This document shows positions 13,480-26,755 of a stretch of 59,453 nucleotides of DNA, one piece after another. The notes beneath the pieces were generated by a model. The model was not told the origin of the DNA. It was given only the letters and a program-made list of their open reading frames with translations, and made no database searches. The translations under genes were made by a program, and so were the position numbers. Each line of letters starts with the position of its first letter. The first letter of the stretch is position 1. The DNA is taken from assembly GCF_001194135.2 (NCBI RefSeq), contig NC_068992.1, positions 3,186,602 through 3,246,054 of the forward strand, in the 5' to 3' direction. This DNA comes from Octopus bimaculoides (Eukaryota).

Positions 13480-14230
13480 GTGCAGAAACGTGAAAGAACT
13501 GACACCAGCAAGAAACGGGTCAACTAAAAGTAAGGATTTCCGGGCATTGATAACGACTGATGAATAATCAACGACTTGAATAGAATGTGTGCTGAAATGG
13601 TCGGATCCAGTCGACCTCTTTGACCCCTATCCAGTACAGAGGTATTTGAGGAATTACTTGAAGTTCACAGATGATTACATCTCAACAGAAAATATCACCA
13701 AATATATTCATCAACAGACGATAATAAAAAAAAAAGTAGTTGGGTTAGACAGGATAACTGCGAATTGCTAAACATTAAGATACGTCAACTGAAGAACTGG
13801 GTCATCTTCGTAAATGAATACAGCTTAAAGAGGAAACTTTTCAAGGCCTAGAGATACGCAATAGTAATAGCATTGGCCGAGAAACGATCTCTGACTACAA
13901 CCAGTGGCGTTGAATAGCCCTGCAATCTATTCCGGATAAAGTGTTCTGCAGTTTCCAACTGACCCGGCGGTTAACAAGTATCGAAGAACAAGACATGAGA
14001 GGTTCACTTGTGGAAGATCATGTAGTGAACAATTCTTCACGTTACGCAATATAATCGAAGTGAGTCGAGAATTCCGTCTGCCGCCAATGGCGAAATAACA
14101 TTTAGTTCAAGGTGCTTCACAGCGAGAACAGAGAAACCTTTAAAGAAGATAATCGCGCAGTTTGAGTATCCATCTGAAAACACGGAGAGGTTTGTCATCC
14201 TCCAATACATTCAGAGATTTGTACCGTACC
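13480..14230 (+). mobile_element. RTE-type LINE reverse transcriptase fragment
   Basis: VVGLDRITA(E)LL; ALQSIPDKVFC; GFTCGRSCSEQFFTLRNIIEVSREFRLP; followed by an eroded KAFDS region. This is the classic RT N-terminal motif order, broken by stops. Confidence 0.8.
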
Positions 14231-16199
14231 CCCACACACGCACACACCTGGACGTTCTAGTGAGCAGTTGGATCAGTCGTTATTCTAAGAGTTTGCGACA
14301 GATCCACAGAATTGGAATTTGATGATTTGGTGGACACCTATTTTCGATACCCGAAAGATTGCTGATGACTGTGTGTGTGTGTGTGCGTGTGTGTAAATAT
14401 CCACACACACACACACAGAACTTCCGTCTAATAAACTTAATACAAAAACAATGAGTCTCACATATAATAGGTCTCGAAAATTAGCTTTGTTTCCTAAAGG
14501 TCGTTTACTGATGAAGCATATTTTTGTTTTGTATAGACATTTCTCATCTCCGTAAATCCTTTTCCCTTTAGAGTAGAAATGAGACTAATTTCTTATCGAG
14601 AACAACGAAATCACCCATTTGCAAAACTATTCACTCGTATCAGAGGCGTGTATCACTAAAATAGAATTGTTATGCGCAATGCCGAACATTAGAAGTTTAG
14701 TTATCATTCTCGATATCTCTTGCGAACTCCACTACATGGGCAAGTTGATAGCAAACTTTTAAATAATATGAAGTGCCATTATATAAAAAGGAAAAAGAAT
14801 TAAATGAATATTTATTAAAATCAAAGAAGTAAATAACAATAACAGGAAATATGTGTCTGCACACAGTGCACCATGCGCGATAAAAATATAAAAATAATGT
14901 CATTATTAGAATGACAGAAAAGCTTTTGAACAGTCGGCATGGCAACTGGTTATCTCGGAGAACATATCAGCGGTTAAAACGAATCATACAAGTATATTAT
15001 GAAAAGAATATTCAAATTTTTATGAAAATTATTCAAGAGAATTATCATGCTATTGTTTCATCGTTTGTTATATATGAAAGTCTTTATGAGGTTTTTTTTA
15101 TGCTCTTGCATGAAAGCGCATGCGCTGCCATATCTGTTTGTATATTTAAGTATGTATCCGGGTATGACATTTTATTTTATTTTTGTGGTGGAATTAAATG
15201 TAGATTTAATGTTGAGATATGTTATTATTTATGATTATGTATGTTGTAAGTGTATCAGACATTTATGTCTGTGAGTATGTGTCAAGAAATATGTTTATGC
15301 GTAGGATTTAAAAGGATTAAACGGTAGATCATAGATACATTTTTCTTTTTATACAATAATATATTTTTACTGACTAATCTGAACAATATGATAATTAGAT
15401 TACGATAATAGTATTTATCGAGATCAAGAGAATTTGTGACCAGGTAATCTGTCTCTCTATTTGGCAATTAATTTGCACAATCTCATGAGAGCAGCGACAG
15501 CTAACCATATAACACACCAAATCTACTAATCTGTAGTAGATACTGATGTACCTTAACATACATCTGGCGATCTTATCAAAAGAGCAATTTAATGTAAGTG
15601 GACTATAACATCTGAAAGTGGTCATTTCAGATAAACCAACGAACATTCTTTTTTCAAAGAAAATACAAGCTCACAACATTTTTCAGAATTTTAAACATTT
15701 TCACATTGTATAATTTCACATCCAGTCAGGACAAATTTGTGTTTCATTGATATAGTATCAATAAAACATAAAAAGAATTATTGATTTCTATCCAACGGAA
15801 CAGTTTTCCCCTACGAAAATGTTGACTTCGTTTTAGAGAAAATCAGTAATACGATGCTCGTACTACTAATATGATAAACTAAAGTTTTTGACTTGTAATG
15901 GAAGTGCCTGAAGAGGTAGATCCACATGTCAATCTTTAAGACGTATTTAGATAATATTTTGCATTCTATAAACTGAGGTTAACAGACTTTGGTAACAACC
16001 AGAAATGTAATGTTGCCTTCTTTTAAATCATTAGAAACACAAGTAACTATAATCATTGCGTTCCAGTTTGTATCTCAACGGGCACAATTTTTCCTGTCTC
16101 CGCAAACTGACTGTGGGTAACTGACACTTTGTTACATGCGCCGTGTTAAAGAAGAACAAGAAGAAAAAAACACGGCAAAAATAATAATAATAATAATAA

Positions 16200-16420
16200 T
16201 AATCCTTTCTACTATAAGCACAAGACCTGAAATTTTGGAGGGGGGATGCTAGTTGAATATATTTACCCCAGTATTCAACTGGTATTTATTTTGCCGTTCT
16301 CAAAGTGATGAAAGACAAAGTCGACCTCGGCGAAATTTGAACTTAGAACGTGGAGACGGACGAAATACCGAAAAGCATTTTATCCGACGTGCTAACGATT
16401 CTAATGGTTCGCCGCTTTAA
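16200..16420 (-). mobile_element. SINE family 1, full length, with (TAA)n tail
   Basis: Reverse complement of head aaagcggcgaacc...ttctaagttcaaatttcgccgaggtcgac, core, and tail ending in an aat repeat. Confidence 0.9.
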
Positions 16421-17056
16421 ATGATGACGATGACGATGACGACGACTGGAAATTAGCCAGCATATTTAGAAGAAAAAATCTACTCCAGGAGCGAAAAACA
16501 ACTCCACTAACTGCAGTAGCTGTTACAAGTAGAAAACAAATGCATAGCAAAGTCTCACAATAAAAATAATTTCTGTAGTAAAGTAGAAGCATAGCAATTC
16601 CATGAACAGGAATTACACGACAGAAATGCCATGGTAGCAACAAAACCGCAACAACAATAAGCAGAACAAAAATTTCATGTAAATAAGCCAATGACTATTT
16701 ATAAATTGAGTTTAAATACTTTTTAGTTTACATTTAATAAAAATACATAAAATTATTTATTTGAGACCAGATGCTGTTCACCGTTATTTAATGGACAAAT
16801 TGTTCCAGCAGCTATTATCTTAACTGTTAAGTGGAAATTCTATCACGAGAATAAAAAAGAAAAATATATTCTCTAAATGACCATGCTTGCCAGGCACCAA
16901 CAGATTTATTACCCTCTATTAATGTCAACTTCTTCTTTGTATTTTCTATTTGCTTCATTTCACAAATTTTTGAGAGGTTTTAACTTTGCTAATTTTATAT
17001 CGAAATAATTGTTACAACTTCTAGTAAAAACTAAATCCAAAAACGTAGAAGCCTAC

Positions 17057-17097
<41 letters not shown>

Positions 17098-17704
17098 ATT
17101 ATAGTGAGAGAGGGGTATGGAAAAGCAAGAGAACCAAAAGGTGAGCGTAAGACCGACAAATGAACTAAAGGAGAGTTTAACAGTAGAATTACTTTTGAAG
17201 GGTTGGTAGAAACGAGAAAGAAAGAGAAAGGAATTGAAAGAGGCAGGTTACACATAGTGGAGGAGAGAAATAAATATGCAAAACTAATATTTGATTTTCA
17301 TTTCTTACTCAGTGTCAACATTGTGTGAATTTAGCAAGAATCTTGAAGCTTTACAGATACACTTGTTGTTTAAAGAAATTTCGAACGTAAATTTAAGACA
17401 GTAAATGTAAAATAAAATGAGAAGATATAAAAAGAAAACAATATTTACAGCTATTTCGTTTGTAGTATTTATTTGATAAAAATATTTTTCAAGAAATCTC
17501 TAAGCAAAGGGAATTTTATTCCCAACGGAATTCGAAAACACAAAAATGTCCCAATATATATATATATATATATAAAAAAAAACTTAGAGAATCAATAAAC
17601 TAAACCAACAGCAACAACAACAACAATAATAATAATAATAGTAATAATAATAATAATAATAATAATATATTTTCCAAAAGCAATAATAAGAATCATTTCA
17701 AATA

Positions 17705-18240
17705 TTGGCAAAAGGCCAGCAGGAGAGCGGGTAAATCGATTACATCGACCCCACAACTTCGTAGTTACTTTACTTTATTGGTTCCGAAAAGATGAAAGGC
17801 AAATTTGACCTCGGCAATATTTGAACGGAGATCTTAAAGAAGAGGGAAAAAATGCCACTAACCTTTTTCTCTGCCAGCTCACCAGCAATAAAATAATCCT
17901 TTCTACTTTAAGTATGAAGCCTGAAATTTTGGAGAAATGAGGGCAAGATGACTACATCGACACTAGTAACTGAACTGATACTTATTTTATCGATCCCGAA
18001 AGGATGAAAGGCAAAGTCAAACTCGGTGGACTTTGAACTCAGAACGTAAAGACGGACGAAATGCTGTTAAACATTTTGTCCGACATGCTAACGTTTATGC
18101 CAGATCACCACCTTGCATAGCAATAAAATAATAATCATGTCTGCAATAAGCACACGGTGGGTGGGGGGTATATTCGATTACATTGAACCCCCACTGCTCA
18201 ACTGGTGCACAATTTACCGACCCCGAAGATAGGAAAGACA
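17705..18240 (-). mobile_element. Cluster of three family-1 SINE copies or fragments (about 17705-17883, 17893-18115, 18150-18240)
   Basis: Repeated gatgaaaggcaaagtc-acctcggc-tttgaactcagaacg and gccagctcacc motifs in the same orientation. Confidence 0.85.
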
Positions 18241-18257
18241 AAGGAACAACAACAATA

Positions 18258-19560
18258 ATTTTTTCTTCAACGGCCACAAGGACCGAACACAAATCAAAAG
18301 GGACAATATAAAACAAGGGACAAGTGGGGATTAGCATAAAAGTTCGTGTATACAATAAAACAATAACAATGAATAACAAGGAAACCCACACATCCTGGTC
18401 ATACTGACTGCGAAGGGGACCTTAGCGGATACCTCTCTCCTCAACCCATCCGGCTTACGCGTATAAGTGCAGAGTAGTTCCGTTCACGCGGCAATCTTCA
18501 CCACATTCCCCCACCTTTCAGCAGAAATCCAGGAGGGTGCAGTACTTTTCTCTCCACCCTCCCTTTCCTTGTCCTTTAAAACTTGGAGACACTGTTGGCA
18601 GCCAGAGTTTCAATCTTGAAGAACCCTATAATAGCCGCAGACTTCTTGGCTCTCGAGATATGCTGAATGTCAGCCATTATCTCTTTCAGTGCTCTCTACA
18701 ATTACTTGTAGTTGCATCCCATTCGGCAGTGAGAAGAGATCCAGGATCTTTTCCATATGCACAGGCTGTCTACATGGAGAAAGATTTCCAAAATAAGATC
18801 TCAATCTAGTTTTCCCGACTCGTTCTGTTCCCTTCTAGTAATGTTTCGCTCCCCTCCAACATTATGCATGCCAGCCTCCACCAGAGATCCAACACTGATT
18901 AGAACTACAGTGTTGTTATTTTTAGCGCTGGTCCCAAATAAGTAATGAAGAGAGCGAAATCCTCGCTGCGGCGTGCGACCACTGAATTCTATATTGCGAG
19001 TGTCTCAATCTTAAATAGGACTTCCAGTCTGCAGAACTAACTTGCCCTAGATATATAATGAATGCCCTTGCTATATATCGCGATCTATGAGTTGTTAAAC
19101 TCATGCAGAACTATAGAACAGCCTTTCTAGCATTTGCATCTAAAGATTTGGGAGAGGTTCACACTTTCTCCTTCTCCCCATCCTTTCCCTATATTGAATG
19201 GTGTCCTGTCATTTCGCTCGGTTATCTTTTAGACAGAGACTATACAACTCTCTTCGGTAGGACACTCCAGCGAAAAAAGCCTTGCTTTTGTTGCTCTTGG
19301 TGGCGTTTGTGTTCAGCCGATATTATTGCTTTTATCTTGATACGAGATCACCATGTCACCATGTCGTGCACATATGGTTGTGATGCATGTGCCTGGCGTA
19401 CCCTGACCAGACCAGTAGTCATGATGGGTATACTGGGCTTCTTATATTTGTACCCCAGAGTCAGTTTGATGGCATGCACTGCTCTCTCACTAAATGATAA
19501 TAATAGGAAAGAACTGCTACGTTGTATGCTAGAAAATGGCGAAGCCTGGTTTAACATTTA
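18258..19560 (-). mobile_element. Tx1/L1-clade LINE, 3' half, decayed, with 3' UTR
   Basis: Minus-strand remnants TGLVRVRQ (SVRQGCP region), an eroded YADD region, and C-terminal RWGNVVKIA(R)VNGTTL. A pyrimidine-rich 3' UTR ends ccttgtggccgttgaagaaaaa. Confidence 0.6.
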
Positions 19561-19980
19561 TTTGTGCTAAAATAAATTAGAAGGAAATAACATAAAATAT
19601 AGATGTTCAGATGTCTCTAGTTGTTCTAATATAATACATATAATATGCACTGGAATCACGTTTTCTTGTTAATGTAAATTTATGACCACAGAACAATATT
19701 TTTATAGACAAGCAGCAGGTGATAGTTTGATTGTATTAATTACAGCTATAGCTATTGATGAAAGTGAACATTTAAAAAGGAAATATTTCTGCTAAACACG
19801 TGATTATTTACGTCAGTCGCATTTTCATAAACACACATGGCAAGCGAAACGTAATGGAATCATTATCTATGTCAAAATCTTTCACTATCTCTATATCTAG
19901 ACGTATTTGTCTATTTATCTATGTATTTCTATTATATATTGGAACATGTGTGTATATATACATATATATTATATATTATT

Positions 19981-20113
19981 CATAGATAGATACATAGATA
20001 GATACATAGATAGATACATAGATAGATACATAGATAGATACATAGATAGATACATAGATAGATACATAGATAGATACATAGATAGATACATAGATAGATA
20101 CATAGATAGATAA
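19981..20113. repeat. (ATAGATAGATAC)n 12-bp tandem repeat
   Basis: About 11 perfect units, directly visible. Confidence 0.95.
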
Positions 20114-21529
20114 ACATTTATACATACACAAACACACACATATCTACATGTGTATAACGCGAGAGAGTGTGCATTTATATATGTATATATGTGTGTGTGT
20201 TTGTGTGTGTGAGTGTGCGTGCGTGTGTGTGTATGCGTGTGTGAGTGTTAATGTGTGTATGTGTGTGTGTGTGTGTGTGAATACGTGTGTATGTGCTTAT
20301 ACAAGATGAAAAACTCTACAGCTTCACTTTTTTTTTTTTTTTTCGAAAATACGTTTTCGATAAAAATAAAAAAGTGCGCGAATAGAATATAGCGAAATTG
20401 AAAATGATATAATTTTCTTAAATTAAACGAAATTAATAGAATTTTAAAATAAAATAAATATCAACTAAAACGTTTTATGAAAATCGTTATACCTTGGTCA
20501 TTTATTTTTAAAAGTGCTTTAGAGATGGACTCAGCATAGAATGAAAATATTTATAGAATAACTTGTTTTTTATATCGCGTTTTATTGTCGTTATTGTTTC
20601 TTGTTTCATAAATTGAATTTATTTTTGCGTATCAGTTTTCTCCACAACAGCTGAGTTTTGTGTTGTAATTGTTTCATTTGTAATGTGTGTGTGTGTGTGT
20701 GTCAGCGCGTGTGTGTGTCAGCGCGTGTGTGTGTGTGTGTGTGTGTGTGTCAGCGCGTGTGTGTGTGGCGGGATGATGTTGTATATTAAAGATGATACGG
20801 TGAAGGAGAAGTAGAGACTTAGCTGTTCTGGTTAATATTATTGACGAAAGATGATATGTCAGAGAAGGGTTGGCGATGGAGAGGCAGATATATATCTTGC
20901 TTCTGTATCTGTTTTCTTTATTAGTTTTCAATTTTGGGTTGTAGGTTGTTTTTTTTTCCTATATCTGAAATGGTGGATGGAACAAACACATGGATACCTA
21001 AATACACGTATTCATACATATACGTACTTAAATGTGTGCGTGTTTATGTGCGTGAATATGTGTTCTTGTATATGTCTGTACATTTAGGCGTGAGTACTTG
21101 TGTATGAGTGCATTAAGTATGTAAACGTGCATTCACGTGTGACAATATGTTTATTTTAACACCGTATAGGTATATATGTATATAGGCATACACAAATATA
21201 TATTCATAATTGATATATATATGTGTGTGTTTAAAAGTGTTTATACGTGTGTGTTTATGTGTAGATACGTGTGTATGGCTATGTACATGCGAAACACAGA
21301 GTGAAAGAAATCTAGCAATAGAGCGTGGAGTGAGATATTCTTAAAGATATTGAATGCGCAGGATGTAAGAGCAGCTTTGGAGAGATAGGCTCTAAGAATA
21401 TTCAGTATAGCAGCATGTGTTCTGGTGTGCCACATTTCGGTTACATGTGTTATTTTATATATCTCGGTTTGTGCTTACGATCAAGTTACGTGTACGCGAC
21501 GTGTTATTATACAATATTTCGGCAAGGTG

Positions 21530-22240
21530 AACTTTGTGATGTGGACACCAACGTTAAAGGAGATCGCATCAATCTGTTTGGATATTACATCTTTGTTATC
21601 TCCGGCTGACTTTCTGTTCTGTCTGGCACCAGTTCAGGTTACTCAGCTAGAAGTTGAGAATGTGGTAAGTTCTCCAGAAACTCGCTTCACTTTTGTGCAG
21701 GCCTTTAAATAACAATACTTTTGTTTTTCTTACAAAGCATTCAAACGTTGGTCTAGACAGTGGAGTCCTTCATACATAGGAATATATCAGAAAATTGTTA
21801 GCAATTCAATCGACCACTATTTGAAGTTTCACACACAAAGTCAAAGTCGGCAGCTAGTGTAAGTTTCAACATTCTGCGACTGATCACGCGAGATGACGAG
21901 GAACATTACCACCATAATTCTTACCAGTTTATAAAGCCTACAAATGTCATGATTACAGTAATCTTCTCCAAGAATAGGATACCTTAACAGCTCCATCATT
22001 TACAAAATTCTACGACCAAATTAATGCAGCCTCCATCAATTCTAGACATAGCTCCGTAACTCACAACAAGCATTGAACGATGAATTTGGCTTCAAGAAAT
22101 AAAAGAACAAAATATTATTGTTATTCCCATTCTTATATAAACAGAAGGGTTGATATCGTTGTGTCTCAGATAGGAAAATTGAACTAGTCACGGTTAAATG
22201 CTTTGCATATGAAAACAAAGCATCGGTGAGGTTATGCAAA
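21530..22240 (+). mobile_element. Penelope-like element remnant (RT C-terminus + GIY-YIG region)
   Basis: Heavily eroded peptides follow the PLE order: (F)LDIT, SVYRK-like segment, TTIILPVYK, SINSRHSSV, GHDIVxSQI..IELV..KCFAYENKA. Confidence 0.55.
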
Positions 22241-22690
22241 CATATTTTTCTTCATACTATAGCTGTATATCCTGTCGAGCTGGTCTACTGAAACTCGAAG
22301 TACAAAGAAAAAATGTTCTATAACTCGGTTGAATTTATTAGATGAAACAAAAGCAAAACGATGCAGAAAGTTTGGGAAAGTATCATTCATAAAGTAAAAA
22401 AAGGCTGTGCCTATTATTTTTACGTAATGTATTATATCCTCTCCAAAATCGACTTTGTAGAATTTCAAATGCATAAGCAATGGAGTTTTGCATTTTATAC
22501 CGTTATTCTTAAGCGCAATAAAAAGCTGAGGTTTTATAAACACAACGACATATACTCATGCACACACGCACACAGGCACATACACAGAAGAGTACACACA
22601 CAAACATGTATGCAGGTGTGTATATATGTATACACACTCACGCAAACACAACTACTCATACACACACACACACACATATGTGCACAGGCA

Positions 22691-22723
<33 letters not shown>

Positions 22724-23773
22724 ACACCGCCCATACACACACACACGTGCAAACACACGCGCACACACATACAGACGCGTGCACACTTACGTATACAGAT
22801 ATGTATATATTTACACACTCACCCACCACACAATTGCGCATGCGCGCGCGGATAAAGACAGATATAAAGTGAAAAGTGCTGTGATAAGTAAGCACGCTTT
22901 AACCTCGCCATGATAATTAGATCTGGTGTAAAATCCCATAATTTGGGGAGGAAAAAAAGAAAGATCGACAAGCCAGGATTTAGCATTTTAACGGCTTCAT
23001 CATAGACTGGTTAGACATTTAATTCTTCTGAAAATTTCTGAAGCTACAGAGAGAAAACATGATGTGTTTTAATCATAAAAATATGCTGTTCACTCAGAAA
23101 TTAAAAGCATAAGTTTGCTGAAATACACACACCTGTAAGGTTTCATATCCTCTTGTATTGGGTTGGTGCATAATTATTACGGCGGCTTTTTTTTTTTCAA
23201 CAAAAACAATAACAACATGTAACAAACACATCTTTAAATTATTATTCCGGAGCATATTCACCATCTACTTCAATTACTGCTCCCCATTTGCTTGGCAGAC
23301 GGTCAGACCGTCATTTAAAGAGGTTTTTGTTAAATATTGTTATTATTTTTGTTGAATAAAATTTGTTGAAAAAAAAAGCTGCAATAATTATGCACCAACC
23401 CAATAAGTTGCGTTTGTGTGTGTGTGTTATAGCTCATATGAAAAATTGTAAAATAAAATTGAATTTGTTTTACAAGCTTACACAAACAAATTGGGATAAA
23501 ACTCCGAAAACAAGACTATCACCTTTAGATTATATTTCATCATTTCGAATTCAAAAATCCCTTAGAAAGAGAAAATTAGAAGACATGCTCAGACCTTATC
23601 AGAACCGATATATGGTGATTGGGGTGTGCAAGTTATATAAGCTATCATCAAAGCCATTGACTGCAGTATTATGTCTCTAACATAAACCGAGCGGCCATAT
23701 TCGTAACAGTAAGCTACTAACAAACTGCAACGTCTCAGACATTGAAGCCATACGCATTAAAATACAGCTCAGA

Positions 23774-23900
23774 TCAGAGGTTCAGAAAGTGGGCAGTACT
23801 GCCCCCTTGGGGACGGTGGAAAGAGCCAGGTGGGCGTTGAAGAAAAGTGGGATGATAATGGGGTGGCCAAAATAGGGTGATAAAAGTTTTAAAAAATATT
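23774..23900 (+). mobile_element. hAT/Charlie-type terminal segment (non-autonomous DNA transposon end)
   Basis: cagaggttcagaaagtgggcagtactgcccccttggggacggtgg resembles the CAGTGGTTCTCAAAGTGGG...CCCCCTTGGGG termini of Charlie-like elements. The partner end was not found. Confidence 0.5.
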
Positions 23901-24439
23901 AATAGGTTAATTAGGTTTAATTATGTCCGTATTTTTGTATGCTGTGTAAAGTTATGAAATATAAGCAAAATGAACGAAATAGCACATGTATGGAACTGCT
24001 AATTTAACGGTAAATGCCACAGTAATTATTACAGAGAGACAAAGAATTTTATGTCTTACCTTGCAACTTCTGCGATAATTTTCATCCGGTAATGGATCCG
24101 TAAATATGTATTGTTTTAAAGGAAATGAATATAAAATTTTGTATTGACATTGGCCAACTCACACTTCACTCATGTCAGTCGTCCACAAAGTATACAGAAC
24201 TAGCAACACATAACAAGGAGAAAGAGACAAAAATAACACGTGTCAATTTTTTTTTTTTCTAAAAACGTTCAATGACGTTAACTGGAGTGTGGGGTTCGAG
24301 TAGACGTCATTTCACCTTTTGATTTATCATTACCATTCTTTTCGTTCGATTTTATTTTTCCTCCACTTTTGTGTTTTTTTCTGTCCATGCGTTGTTCCCC
24401 CTGTGTTTCGACCCTGTGTGGTTAATAAAAAAATTAAGT

Positions 24440-24535
24440 CGCGACTATAACAAAAGACACTAAGCCAAGATGCCACGCAGTGGGACTGAACCCATAACCA
24501 CATGGTTGGAAGGAGTGCTTCTTAACTACACACCT
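24440..24535 (-). mobile_element. SINE family 2 head fragment
   Basis: gccacgcagtgggactgaacccataaccacatggttgg is the reverse complement of the head at 24585-24625. Confidence 0.8.
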
Positions 24536-24569
24536 GTTTATTAAATATTAATGAAAAAGAATTTCTTAT

Positions 24570-24710
24570 CTACACAGCTTGCTTATCAACCTCATGGTTC
24601 TGGGTTCAGTCCCACTGCATGGCACCTTGGACAAGTGTCTTCTACTATAGCCTCGGGCAGGCCAAAGCCTTGTGAGTGGATTTGGTAAACGGAAACTGGA
24701 AGAAGCTCGT

Positions 24711-24769
<59 letters not shown>

Positions 24770-24995
24770 GTGTGTTTGTGTTTGTCCCCCCCCCCCCACC
24801 ATCGCTTGAAAACCGGTGCTGGTGTGTTAATGTCCCCGTAACCCAGCGACTCGACCAAAGGGACTGATAGAATAAGTACTAGGCTTGCAAAGAATAAGCC
24901 CTGGGGTCGATTTCTTTGACTAACACCCGTTAATGCGGTGCTCCAGCATGGCCACAGTTAGATGACTGAAACAAGCAAAAGATTAAAAGAATAAG
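24570..24995 (+). mobile_element. SINE family 2, near full length, with an internal (TA)n microsatellite
   Basis: tRNA-like head with B-box variant gggttcagtccc, body ...ggaaactggaagaagctcg, internal (TA)n, and tail ccagcatggccacagttagatgactgaaacaagc. Confidence 0.9.
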
Positions 24996-25655
24996 AAACC
25001 GTAGGTGAGAATTTTGAAAAATAATCCAAAAACAAGACATACATACATAAACACACACACACACACACACATGCAGAGAGACAAAGAGACAGTGAGACTG
25101 ACAAACAAATAGACAGACAGATAGACGGACAGACAGACAGAAATAGATATACACATACACATTTGTATGTTGTTAAGTGCATATGTATTCCGTGTGCTAT
25201 TAGTCGATTAAAAAGTCGAAATTGTTTGAGCGCAAAAATAAGAAAACCGAATTTTTTTTTTTAGGTTTTACTTGGTTTAGCTTTCTGCAATTATTGCTCA
25301 TTGTTGAAGTTATGCATAAACAAAGAAACGAAAAAGTATGAAGAAAACCTAAGCATTGGTAAGAATAAAAGATGCAAAATATATGAGGAATATTGAAAGA
25401 ACCAAATCAACACAAAAATAACTAACGATAATGGTACATTTTCGAACACACGGTTTAATGTCTGCTGTTTTATATGACTGATCTTCGGTGTATTTCGGTA
25501 CAAAAGGTATTCTATACATGAGTTTCTTTGACGGGTTTCCAGAAGACTAAAAATTAATGTATAAAAATGTGTGTGTGCGCGTATGCTTCTGTGAATATAT
25601 GCAGGTATATTCATGTATCTGTTTGTGCATATAAGCGTAACAGAGTACATATACA

Positions 25656-25709
<54 letters not shown>

Positions 25710-26302
25710 ATCTAACATATACACACATGTACGTCGTTTTCTTTCAAAATGGTTATTGTCAATGCAGAATTTGAAAATATTCCTACTAAATAGTTCCTGG
25801 AATTCATACGTATAGCATACACAAACAAACACACATAAATACACACAGAGAACACACACATGTATGTATGTATTCCGTTTCTTTATTATCGGCGTACGTT
25901 AAAAGCAGTAACATAATATATTTCTTTCAAGTTTGAATTTGGATATTAAGGATGAATGGAACTCGTGAATTGCAATGTTTTTGACCGAGGAATATAGATA
26001 TTTCGACGTACATATAATTAAATTGCTTAACGACACAGTTTTTTCTCATATCCATTAATTTATATAAGCGAATATATTCAAGAACTGTTTTAAAAGATTT
26101 TAAAAGTTTTTAATTCGGAAAAATCTTCTTCCCTTGTTTCATGTTTGTGAATAAATACTTATTCAGTGATATGATATTTTACAGATTGTCGAATACTGGG
26201 AACACATATTAAATCCTCTGAAAGGGGTGTTACCATCCAAGTTTCCTGGTTATATCCAGTGCTTCAGTGAAAAACCAAAGATGTTAATTTCACAAGAATA
26301 TA

Positions 26303-26408
<106 letters not shown>

Positions 26409-26536
26409 CTTGTGTGTGCGTGTGTGTGCATGTGTGTCTGTTTGTGTGTAGAAGGTTGAAAAGGAACACACGAGTTGATATATATATGGAAAAAAGTCAA
26501 GGTGGAAAATGCTAAAATAATTTTATAAAAACATTT

Positions 26537-26572
26537 CAGTACCGGTTTCGGTCATTGAGACTTTTTCAACTG
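26537..26572 (-). ncRNA. Degenerate minimal type-I hammerhead-like motif
   Basis: Minus strand cag-TTGAAAA-AGTC tcaat GACC-GAAAC CG GTA-ctg: stem I cag/ctg, stem II gtc/gac, palindromic ACCGGT stem III, GUA cleavage triplet. The core differs from CUGAAGA at two positions, so it is probably inactive. Confidence 0.45.
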
Positions 26573-26599
26573 TAAGTATGGAAAATAATTCAATTTTGG

Positions 26600-26750
26600 A
26601 AAAATTGAATTCTTTTATTCTTTTATATTCTTTTATTTCTTTCAGTCATTTGACTGCGGCCATGCTGGAGAACCACCTTTAGTCGAACAAATCGACCCCA
26701 GAACTTATTCTTTGTAAGCCTAGTACTTATTCTATCGGTCTCTGTTGCCG
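26600..26750 (-). mobile_element. SINE family 2 tail fragment
   Basis: ttcagtcatttgactgcggccatgctggag...aagcctagtacttattctatcgg. Confidence 0.9.
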
Positions 26751-26755
26751 GCCCA

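Noticed and set aside
19981-20113. Regular repeats as a CRISPR-like array (also 45722-45793)
   Set aside because: These are head-to-tail tandem repeats with no unique spacers, in a eukaryotic context with no cas genes.
23480-23770. Possible LINE apurinic endonuclease remnant (NCNVSDIEAIRIKI); similar vague LINE-like debris at 28200-29150 and 31560-33100
   Set aside because: Too decayed for me to show ordered motifs. Probably old retroelement sequence, but unsupported.
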